Origin: Utricularia gibba
Taxonomy: Eukaryota; Plantae; Magnoliophyta
Reading direction: 5' to 3'
Length of the DNA stretch: 64,000 nt
Assembly (NCBI GenBank): GCA_002189035.1
Contig: NEEC01000011.1
Location: 930,001 to 994,000 of the forward strand
A program made the translations under genes and the position numbers. Position 1 is the first letter of the stretch; each line of letters opens with the position of its first letter. Below are positions 12,668 to 22,577 of the stretch, piece after piece. The notes under the pieces are model-generated. The model did no database searches and had not been told where the DNA came from. It saw only the letters and a program-made list of their open reading frames with translations.

Positions 12668-13254
12668 TTAAAAAATCATCAAAAGTTGAAAATTTAATTG
12701 AATTGAGTGTACAAAAATGCAAGATCATTAAAATCCATATTTGTAAAAATGAGATCTCCATTTGTTTATGGTAAAAATTCAGATATGCCTTTGAATACTT
12801 CATCACCAAATTATGGTTTCATTGTTTGGATATAGTAGCCAACATTTCACAGTTTCTGTGTGGTAGGTGTGAATGCGGGAGTGTGATTACAGATACTACC
12901 AGCAACGTGGGAGCACTCATTGGGTTTATCATAGAAATAGAGTTGTTATGTCTTTCCGCACCCCTTTGTTTTCTTATAAACGTAGAACTACTAATGACGT
13001 GGGTAAGAGAAATATCCATTGACTTTTTAAATGAATGTTTAGTCTCTTGTAGAATTGAGAACCAATGATGGCGTGTTAGGCCAATGGGAGATCATCAAAA
13101 CCCACAAGAAATTTACAGTGATCCAAAGCTGGTAAAGAGTTGTATCATTGCCCCCAACCCTTTCTCGTACCTCCATTGAAACACAATGGTTCCAGACAAC
13201 TAGATCAACGACAATGTTGCTTGAGGAAGACCAAGTTTAAGGAGAGCGGTAAAT

Positions 13255-13770
13255 TGTTGGAATTTTATATATGTGATCTATTATTGTTAAACTGTGTTTT
13301 TAAGTCAAAGAGAAAACACCACAACACAATTAAGGTGGTTCACCTCACGAATCCTATAGTAACCCAAAGTTACAATAGCAACCGAGGCTAATCCACAAAA
13401 CCTACAGATTTTATAGCAGGAATCAATCAGTAGGTTTTACAAACATTCAATAGAAGAACCACGACAAAGCACGTAAGAACACTTAAAAGATGAAATGAAA
13501 CAACCTGATTCGAGGACTTGCGCGGGGAACCCTAAAGAACGAATGAAGAGGCAGAATTGCTTTTAAGTGTTCTTGTGTACTTACTAAACCTCCTTCTTGT
13601 GTACAGAGTCGAGATACCTAGCTTCAGAGAGAGAACTGTCGCACACAGTGCAATCACATATACCTGCTTCTTATGTCAAAAAAAAAAAACCCACGCAGAA
13701 GACATATGGCCCAAACATATTATCTATATGAAAGGCCCAAGTAAGCCCAAGAATTGCACTTCACAATAGC
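13255..13770 (-). mobile_element. Probable copia solo-LTR-like sequence
   Basis: Minus strand ends ...TTCCAACA and contains a GTGAACCACC..TTGTGTTGTG U5-like motif and GGGCC/GGGCTT motifs near the start. No TSD found. Confidence 0.35.
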
Positions 13771-14289
13771 CTGGCGGAAGGGTGCATATTATGTGTAATG
13801 ATTCCACCCACATTGTTCTTTCTGCTTTCTTCATTTGGTACAAGGGTTCAAGGGGAGGAGCGAAAGGGATAGGCTTGATAAAAGTTGAAACCATTTAGGT
13901 TGAAAGCCATTGATTGAATCTTCAAGAGAGAACAAGAACTCGAGACTCGAGCAGGCTACCATGAGACAAAAGATCTCATCATTGCTAGCAGTTCCAGTTC
14001 CAGTTCCATAGCAAAGTGCATTTTTTTCCTTTATCTTCTTTCTAAATTTGGATACATAGCTGTGAATAGTTTGGCCAGGTTGAAAAATATTTTTTTTTTA
14101 TTTATTCCATTCAATTGAGTAGACAACCAACACAAAAAGAATAATGCTACGGTTTTACACAAAGTGTTGACGAAACCTATAACTTATACAAATCTTTTTC
14201 ATTTTCCAAGTTGTGTTATTTCGAAAGTAGCTGATTCAGTTAAAAAAGTGGAACTTATTCTATCTAATTTTTTTGATAAATAGTTTTCT

Positions 14290-14321
14290 AACCGCGTGAG
14301 ATGAAAGTCTCATGCACGGTT
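14290..14321 (+). other. Group II intron domain V hairpin (organelle-derived fragment)
   Basis: AACCGCGTGAGAT-GAAA-GTCTCATGCACGGTT: ~32-nt stem with GNRA tetraloop, CGC triad and a 3'-side bulge. Confidence 0.7.
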
Positions 14322-14483
14322 TTGAATGATTTTTTTTTGTTTTACCCCCCTAATTCTTCCTCAGCCAAGTCCATCTCTGTAAAAAATGTTTTGATGAAAA
14401 TGAACGATTCAATAATTTCAAGAAGAGTAGGATCTGAAGTGAAGTGTACTCGATACTAGTGAATTATGCGTAATTCTCTTTAA

Positions 14484-14540
14484 TCACTTTAAATTGAGTA
14501 TCTGTTTCCCTCCCTTTCCTGCTAGGATTGGAAATCCTGA
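14484..14540. other. Plastid inverted-repeat-derived fragment (ndhB-intron-like, from memory)
   Basis: CACTTTAAATTGAGTATCTGTTTCCCTCCCTTTCCTGCTAGGATTGGAAATCCTG matches recalled plastid IR sequence. Confidence 0.55.
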
Positions 14541-14871
14541 CTCTTTCTACAAAGACAAAACAAAGGAATAATTCATTTTTTTATAATGAGATAAATGAAT
14601 CGAAAATCTATAATGAATGTTTTTTCCTAAAATTTCCACTTCTTCCCGAAAGAGGGTGCATATTATTTGCTTTCTCAATCCAACCATTGTTGTGCTTTCT
14701 GAAATTGCATACCTTGGAGCTCCTTCTCAAGGAGATCTTATCAGCTCACAAAGGATATCTTTATCCAGAATGCCATTCTCCGCTCATCCATCAGAGATCC
14801 TATGGGCCCGTTTCTGTAACCCTAGTCCCTCATTTGTCTTGATTTCCGATTGATGAAGAGGAACTCTTTTC

Positions 14872-14932
14872 AATGCAACTATGAATCTCATGGAGAGTTC
14901 GATCCTGGCTTAGGATGAACGCTGGCGACATG
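14872..14932 (+). pseudogene. rrn16: Plastid 16S rRNA 5'-end fragment (NUPT)
   Basis: AATGCAACTATGAATCTCATGGAGAGTTCGATCCTGGCTTAGGATGAACGCTGGCGACATG = plastid leader plus the conserved 16S 5' motif (27F region). Only ~60 bp. Confidence 0.85.
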
Positions 14933-15193
14933 TTGGAGCAACGATGCAATCGAAAGGCAGAACCTTCAAGTAAGACTTCAGCTGGTAAAGAGAACCAAAT
15001 GATGACATTGAAAATAAGAAAATTGGAGATTAATTGGCCATATAGCCCTCTGCAGAAAATGTCTTTGCTAAATAGTTCTATCTGAAAATTATTGGCCTAC
15101 TTTATATAGGTATTTGACAAATGGTTTGATTTTTATCATAAATAAAAAATTAACTTTTTATTAACGAAAAATAACAAAATAAAATTAAATATC

Positions 15194-15217
15194 ATATATA
15201 TATATATATATATATAT
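15194..15217. repeat. (AT)n microsatellite
   Basis: ATATAT... run inside the Pack-MULE. Confidence 0.95.
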
Positions 15218-15309
15218 GTTGAATTTTATATAACTAATATAAACACTAGGAACTGAATTTTGGGTGTATTTCGCTTATGCGTAAAAAGGAAGACGACTTT
15301 TTCCCTAAC

Positions 15310-15448
15310 ACAGCTCAACTTCTGTCACCCTTTGGCTATAGTTGGATTGGCTCCTGAAGACGGTGCGCTTTTCGCGGCTGGAGAAATTGTTGGCACAGTC
15401 GCAAAAACAGTCGTTGCGTCGCTTGACCGTGTCAAGATTCTGATGCAG
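15310..15448 (+). pseudogene. Captured exon fragment of a thylakoid/envelope ADP,ATP carrier (mitochondrial carrier family, TAAC/EAAC-like)
   Basis: CHPLAIVGLAPEDGALFAAGEIVGTVAKTVVASLDRVKILMQ resembles the first transmembrane repeat (..PLAILALVPKDAAIFAAGALAGAAAKTVTAPLDRIKLLMQ). It ends at CAG|GT, a likely splice donor. Confidence 0.78.
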
Positions 15449-16029
15449 GTTTTCACTCAGCATCATCCTTTCAGTTCCTAGTGTTTCGCCTATTATATAG
15501 AATTATGAAGCAATTTGTTTTGTTTTCTTGAAATACGTAGTTCTTTTTATATTAGTTATATAAAAAAATTTTGTAAATCAAAAATTAACTATTTTTTTAA
15601 TTTTTTTGATAAAAAAATCGGACCATTTAACTAATATTTACATAAAGTAGGACTATTTGACCAATAATTTCCAAATAGTATTATTTAGCAAAGGAATTTT
15701 CTGTAAATGTCCATATGCTCAATTAACCCAAGAAAATTGGAGGTGCTCACACACCATGATAGAAGTCTCCATTATGAACTTGAAAATCCTAAGAGCAAGA
15801 TGACCTCAAACAACTATAAGAACAATGGAGATATTCCGCTTTCTTAGGATAGAAGAACACTGGAGATTTTTCTTTTTAATATGCATATGCATACTATTGG
15901 ATGACAATATTGGACTTAACCATTTCTGTGAAATTTTTGTATCCATATTTCTGCTATTCCGCCATTCCGAGGAAGAGCTAAACCTTTGATATGTAGCATT
16001 AATGTATGGTCAAAGTTAGTAATTGAGCC

Positions 16030-16260
16030 CGATGTGGTACTGTGGGCTAACTCTTGTCATCCTACGCATCATAGGTTCCCTCAGGCATCCCTTGAGATTC
16101 TCTTGAACTATCCTAATCTTTTATGAGGTGTGACAACACCCTCTCTGAGGGTTCCTCAACCAAAGTTCCTGTTTTGTCTTGCCTATTAGGTTCTATACTC
16201 CCTAGGAATATAGGGTCATTCGCCACAAGTAATATAAAGTGATTTCCTTCCCCATAACAT
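16030..16260 (-). mobile_element. 3' end fragment of a gypsy LTR related to 58639-59918
   Basis: Shares GATGTGGTA...GGCATCC..TTGAGATTCTC...TCCTCAACCAAA with 58640-58860 and 45735-45950. Confidence 0.6.
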
Positions 16261-17779
16261 GAATAGTAATTTTAGATTTGGATATTGATATCTAATAGTG
16301 GACAATCTTAGCTGAACGTAAAGCAATGTAGTCATTTTTAATATAATTTCTAGGCTTAGTGTGTATGGTTTTTTTAGAATTAGGATTCAAAAAGACCAAT
16401 GCAATGCATTACTTTGTAGTATCTTGATCTAAAAGATAATCCAACATTCAGATAAAATATTATCATAAAAGATAGCTAGGATATCTAATTTATGTCCATT
16501 AGATAAATCTTTTCATCACTTTTCACTTGTATTTTTTTAGAGTAAAGATGTGCATGCACAAATCCCTGCATCTTTTGTTGTTGTACTATATTCTTTTGAT
16601 CTTTAATTTGAGGTATAATTTCAATATTTTTCTTAACAATATGCTGTTGATTAGCACTAAACCTTAAAAGCATGTAGAAGAATCCAAGATTTGCCTTAAA
16701 TACTTATAGAAAAGAATTCAATTAAATGTAATTTCTAATGAGCTTGTGACCTAACCTATCAATGAGGGTGCGAATGCTAAAGGTAATGTTGGAATGTAGG
16801 TAAAGCATAGATTATTAGAGAAGTCAAAATGATTCTGTTATCATGGTTCTGCTAAAGGTAATGATCGAATATACAATAACAATTATCGAATACCTCATAA
16901 CTTACACAAGCGAAACTATTCCTTGAGGTTTAAAAATATACACAATGGGAGTTTTATTCTAAAACCAATGTTTTTGATTGTTTTAAATCCATTTTTTATT
17001 TTATTGTTGTTTAGTTTTAGAAAATCTAAAAATTATAACTTCTTTATGTAAATAAGTTTTTTATCATTTTAATGGTTTTTTTTTATCATTTTAATGTGAG
17101 GTTGTGATAGGTCAGTAAATGAAATTACATTCCTTTTGAAGAAAAAATGAAAATGATCCTTCTCCCCCACACTTGAATAAAAACTTATTTGCAAAGATTG
17201 AAGAAATCTGACATGGATCACTTATTCTAAAAAGTAAAATTTTCTTCATCTGGACAATCAATATAAGTTGTGACATGTGCATTTTCGTGGTCATTCATAT
17301 CAGCCTGTTCGCAACTTATAAATGCAGAAACCTCATTGCGCAAGTTGCAATGATACTTGCGCAAGCATACTAGACATATATCAAAACTCATACGAAAATT
17401 CAGATCTTATCTCTATAAAACCATCTCTCAACAAATTTATTAGAAAACCGAAACTTCTCTAAAACATAGAGATTAATCCTACTCAAACCTAATTTATTGA
17501 AATTAAATAAAACAAATCAAACAAACCAACTTGTTTTTGAATGGCAACAAGTAAACCATGCCTTGGTAAAAGGTTAACGTGGTCGGTATGGAAATGTGTG
17601 AAAGCGAAGAGCAAACCTCTTGAATTTTCCATGAAGCTTATTCCATTTTCTATTGCTCCAGAATTTATTTTGAAAGAGCCTCTTGATTGCACAAATCACA
17701 GTCCATCTTGATTTGAAATTTCCTGCAAAATATTCATGGTTTGAAAACAAGACAAAAAATTCCTTACCTTTTATGCATC

Positions 17780-18760
17780 TCATCTTGCGCAAGTGCCCAT
17801 CACGCCATTTTTTTGTTTGCTCTTTGTATGACTCAAATGGAAAGCTCCAGTGCATGGAATCAATGCATGCAATTTTGATCGAAGCTTCCTTGAGTTGTTG
17901 CATTCTACAAAAGAAATCTTTGTCAAAAAAAAAAAAAAAACATATTCTTCAACTAAATCCTTACTTGTCATGACAAGTTCTTCTTCCTTCAAATCTTTTT
18001 CTATGAAGCTTAGGGACCTTTGAACCTCCTCTGGATGTGTGTCCTGATCACATAATTCGTGGGTGTGGTCATGAAAAATATCTGCTGCTTCCAAATGTTC
18101 ATGTGTAACACAATCTGCTTCTGTAACTTGCGCAAGGTCAGGGACACGCATCATTGGAACTCCATCTTCAGTTTCAATATCCTCACATCTAGTGGGGGTG
18201 TCTTCCAATTGACATGAATACTCTAGTGTGTAGATGGCTTCCAAATCATTCAATTGAGCTTCCAGCATTTGATTTTTAGTTATGAGCTACTGCAACTTAT
18301 CATGCATGTCATGCACTTCCTTCATTTGATCTGAAAATTCTTCTTTTATCTCCTTGATTTGTTCAAGAAATTCTATATTCATCTGCTCTTGCCTCTCAAT
18401 GATTTGACTCAATAGAACTCTGAAAGATGAGCATTGAGGTTGTCTCCAACTCTGATTTGAGTCCTGTTGGTTGTCAACCCGAAATGCATGACTTTCTCCT
18501 TGCGCAAGTCTACTGTGAGACTCCATGAATTTCTCTTCTAACTCTTCATCTTCATAATCACTTCAAAAATCATTGTCCTCTGAATCTAACGATAAATAAG
18601 ATTGATACCTGGTGTATTACTGATTTCTGGTCCTCCAATCTTTTTCATACCCAACATCATTACAATAAGCATGGGATTCATTCACAATCCGTTCTTTGGT
18701 GTAGTAATGATTTGTTGCTGGAAGTGTATTTTGTTTTTTCGTCCATGCTTGCGCAAGCAT
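17780..18760 (-). pseudogene. Coiled-coil/acidic ORF remnant of element C (gag-C-terminal-like)
   Basis: Heptad-rich LLSQIIERQEQMNIEFLEQIKEIKEEFSDQMKEV and MLEAQLNDLEAI, split by single stops. A homologous peptide occurs at ~23000-23160 on plus. Confidence 0.5.
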
Positions 18761-18790
18761 CAATTCATCCCTGTTGTACCTACGTGAAGG

Positions 18791-19394
18791 TGATGAGCCC
18801 AGGAAGATAATGAAGTGTATTTGAAGAATGATGAGGAGTTTGTCCAAGTGAACACATTAGAAACAAAGATGATCTTACCAGGACCAATGACTAGGAGCAA
18901 GACAAAGATGGTTGAATATACACTTAAGGCTCTACTCAATACCATTGGAATCAAACATGGGCTTGAAGACATCCCATCAAAAGAGCTCAACTACTTGAAG
19001 GTGGATTTACCTTAAAGCATTGGGCTTGTTAGACTTTTCTATTTCATTTAGTTTGGGCTATATAATGTTAGAGCCCAATTCTAGAGTATAAATACTCTAG
19101 AGATGTTCTATTTCAGGACTTTTAGTCATTTTTCATGTATGTGGTGAGGATTCTCCTCCTCTTTGAGTGCTTGTACACTCTTAACTTATCAAGCTTTGAG
19201 CTTGTGGCGTTCTAGGATTATCACTTCCAATCCCTTATCTTTTCTGAAGTGTAGCTCCTAATTTTCTTTGTTTCGAAGTCTGGTTGCATGAGATTCATTC
19301 TCTTGAGGGTAGACTTGGGTAGGTTACTTTCTAAGCTTCAGAATCATCGCTTGTTCGTGGGTTGCTAATCTCAATAGATTAGAGGGTCACATCA
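18791..19394 (+). mobile_element. CRM-type solo LTR nested in element C
   Basis: TGATGAG...CACATCA with TSD GAAGG at 18786-18790 and 19395-19399. Highly similar to 61956-62559. Confidence 0.93.
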
Positions 19395-19526
19395 GAAGGT
19401 GTCAATTCTGAATATGAAATCAAATGATTTACGCAAGTGCGCAAATAGAGAAAAACTACGAAAATAATAGAAAAATAAGAAATAACCTAAAAAAAAATCA
19501 GAAAAGAAAATCCAAAGGAATACAAT

Positions 19527-19544
19527 TCCCCGGCAACGGCGCCA
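19527..19544 (-). promoter_or_regulatory. Primer-binding site (tRNA-Asp type typical of Athila)
   Basis: TGGCGCCGTTGCCGGGGA a few nt downstream of the LTR end. Confidence 0.85.
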
Positions 19545-20849
19545 AAAACTTGATGGTGATTTTCTGCAAGTGCACAGAAACCGTCGAAGTAATAAAATAA
19601 GATCATATCCACAGGGAATTGTTATTGGAATTTTCTTTTCAAAACAAAGACTAAAAAAAGGAACGAAAACAAAAGAAAGATTTGGTTTTAAAAACAATAA
19701 GAAAATTGGCTTTGGATCCAGGATTCACCTTGCTTAAAACTGGCCCAAACTTGTGTATGTAAACCTTGAAGACTGATCTGCTTGCACAAGTTCTGGGGAT
19801 GTTATTTTAAAGTAGTGCTACTCGATGACCATTATAACACCGTCCATTGTTTTGTGGGATTATGGAATCAACCATGCCAATAGAGCAATTTCACCTCTTG
19901 TGATAACCCATGTTTTCCCCACACCCAAATCTAACCCCTACACCTCACACCTCGCAGATAGATTACACAGAATGTGCCTTACCAATGATGTGTGATTGAG
20001 CCCTTCTCCTTAGGTGATTGAGGTCAACCTTTGATTCTCTCACACTCCCTTCGGGTTATATGATACTAAAGAGCACGTTGGTAAAGAAAACGTTGCGAAA
20101 AACAGAATCAAACCTCAATTTAAATGTCGAAAAACATAGTAAAACAGTCACATGCGCAAGACTTGCGCAAGCAAGGCTTCACCGCAAATCCTCAGCCGCA
20201 AGCGCCTACACGCGCAGACTCGACTCTAACATGAAAATAGACACGAAAATAGGAAAGATACAAAGGAAAAGTGGTCAAAGACGTCTCTAATGGTATTTAT
20301 AGGAGAGTAGATCCAAGTCTTCGTATTGACCTTATTCGATGGGCTTGGATAAGATTTTCTATCCAAATCTTCGAACATCTTCTTTATATCTCTATCTTAT
20401 CCACAAATCTTGGACCGAATTTTTATCGTTTGACCGAGTCTTGGGCTGAGATTCGTGGCCCATCAAGTCTATAATTTTGTGGGTCTTGAATTCTCTTCAA
20501 ATTGATTCAAAAGTACTCAAAAAATCCACAAAATACACTTTCTCTCCAAAAAGATTAAAGTAGTGTGAAAGATACAAAATCAATTGAAAATAATAAGAAA
20601 GTGGAGTCTAAAATAAGTAAAAACAACACTTAAGAGTAATGAAATAACATGTTTTGGAACGATACAAAATCACTCATCAATCTTTAATCTTAATCGCAAG
20701 GATTGATGAGCAAATAAGATAAAAAATCAATTTGCACAGCAATATTATGAAGAACAAAGTGTGTTTCAACAAAGAAGTCATTGAGAAGAATATTCCGAAA
20801 TTCAATTTTCAAAGAGGATGTGGAAAGAAAATGAATGAGGAGTATTTAC

Positions 20850-22460
20850 TCTCATTGTACCATAACCACTTTACTAATGATATTTGAATCAAAATTCTTC
20901 ATCAGGAACCTTGCCCTTCTGTTGATGTGACATTAGCCAAAGCTACAACAGGTTGGTTGGTCTTTTGATGACCCATACCTGAAGACTTACTGTGCCTTCT
21001 TCGTTGACTGCTTCACGTTTACAAGGACAGCAAGACTCAGTCAGATCAGCACGTCTCCCATTCATCATAGGCTTGGCTTGTCCATGGAAATGAGGATGAT
21101 GAAAACCGTATCTCAGAATAGAAATGACTTACATCTCGTAAGTTGTTTGGGTCTAGCAAGTGGTGAGACTCTTTTCCTTCAGGCCGCTTATTCTCCATAC
21201 TCTAAGAGCACGAAGTAAGGATAACTCTGGCAATATATTTGCCATCACTCCTGCGTCCCTGTTATCCTCAGGCAGAACAATCTGAAAGGAGACAGAAGAT
21301 GGACAAGGAGGACAAGTGCTCAAGGTTGGGATTCTTTCCGTTCATCTTTCTTACTGTGTCTTCTTGTAATCCATTTGAAGGAGGAAAATATCCTGTTAAT
21401 GAAATTGCATTTCATTGGGGGCAAAAGAGATGTTTTCCAGTGATTCTGCACTGATGGAAAAGCCGGAAGTACTCAAAAGTGAAACAACAAGAAAAACAAG
21501 GCAACACATAAGGGATTTCAAGGGCAGGACCCCTCCCCATTCTTCACCACTTCTTCAAAAGACTTCTCCCTTCTTAAGCCCACTCAAACACCTGACTCCC
21601 TCCTGCTTTTAAACATCTCTTGGAGATGAAGGGAGGGCCCTGAAAGGTAAGTATTTTCACAGAATCCAAGGAGGAGAATGATATAACGGCTTACTCCTTA
21701 TTTAGGGGAAGAGATTTCTTCCTCAGTAGTATCTCCATTCTGTATAGCAGTTTGAACTAATATTTAGAGGATGATCTGCTTGTTAATATTTGAAGCACTG
21801 TCATAAGCCTGCGTGTTACTTCTCCTTTCCCAGCTTCTTCTTCCGAACAGAAGATTGAACCAACATGCCGCTCGCATCATTTAAATCATCAGATTTGCGA
21901 ACGTTGTCCTTCACCATAACAATCTACAATAGGGAGTTCGAACACATGATGGGGAAACACAGGTCTGATATTCTGGATTGCAGATATACATTGGCTCCTG
22001 TAGCTCCTCAATTGCAAAAGTTACCATTTTATTCTTTGAAACATTTAAAATAAAAATAAAAGACAAAGGTCGATCAATATGTCTTCGCTGGTAGGCAGAA
22101 GGTAAAAGGTGACGTTCAAATGAGAGAACTTCAACCTTGTTCTCCTACAAGAAGATACTGAACGGGACCTCGGGTATGTTCTGCCTCACATGTGAGGGAC
22201 GATCGACAAAGCAGAGATCTTGCTCACAGGGTTTACCCTAAAATAATCCAAAAGAAAAGGCAAGTTGTTCACACGGTTTCAGAATCCACCTCCACTCTCT
22301 TTTCACCCCTTCCTTTGGTTGTAGCAGCACCCTCTTCCTGCTGCTCAGCTTTCTTTTGGGCTCGAAGCAGAGCCCTTCTAACACGAGGTCGCATCTCTCG
22401 CACTTGTCTTGGAGGCATTATGTACGGCTCAATAGGCCTATCCAAAAGGGTGCTCACTAC
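20850..22460 (-). pseudogene. Degenerate retroelement accessory (env-like/ORF2-like) ORF remnant
   Basis: GC-richer stretch with MPPRQVREMRPRVRR... followed by broken frames. Only weak motif resemblance. Confidence 0.25.
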
Positions 22461-22577
22461 CGGTAAAGATGCGCAATTTTCTGTCTCGTTCCTGAAAAAG
22501 AATGGTGCAAGTTATCAGCTATTGAACATAAGTGACCAGTACCTAGCGAAGGATAGTTTTTTATCCCAAAAAACAAG

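Larger units (their letters stand above)
15027..15729. mobile_element. Pack-MULE (non-autonomous Mutator-like element with captured gene fragment)
   Basis: Imperfect TIRs >100 bp (15027-~15150 vs ~15600-15729). AAGAAAATTGG is duplicated at 15016-15026 and 15730-15740 (TSD). Internal carrier-gene exon. Confidence 0.88.
16300..20679 (-). mobile_element. Athila-like non-autonomous retroelement C (5' LTR, PBS, coiled-coil ORF remnant, 3' non-coding; no pol, no 3' LTR)
   Basis: LTR 19551-20679 (TGATGAG...CATCA on minus). PBS TGGCGCCGTTGCCGGGGA at 19527-19544. Internal CAAGTGTGGGGGAG tract near 17165. No RT or IN motifs seen. Confidence 0.8.

Noticed and set aside
14872-14932. Functional or bacterial 16S rRNA gene / contamination
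   Set aside because: Only ~60 bp, has the plastid-type leader, carries substitutions, and is embedded in nuclear TE DNA.
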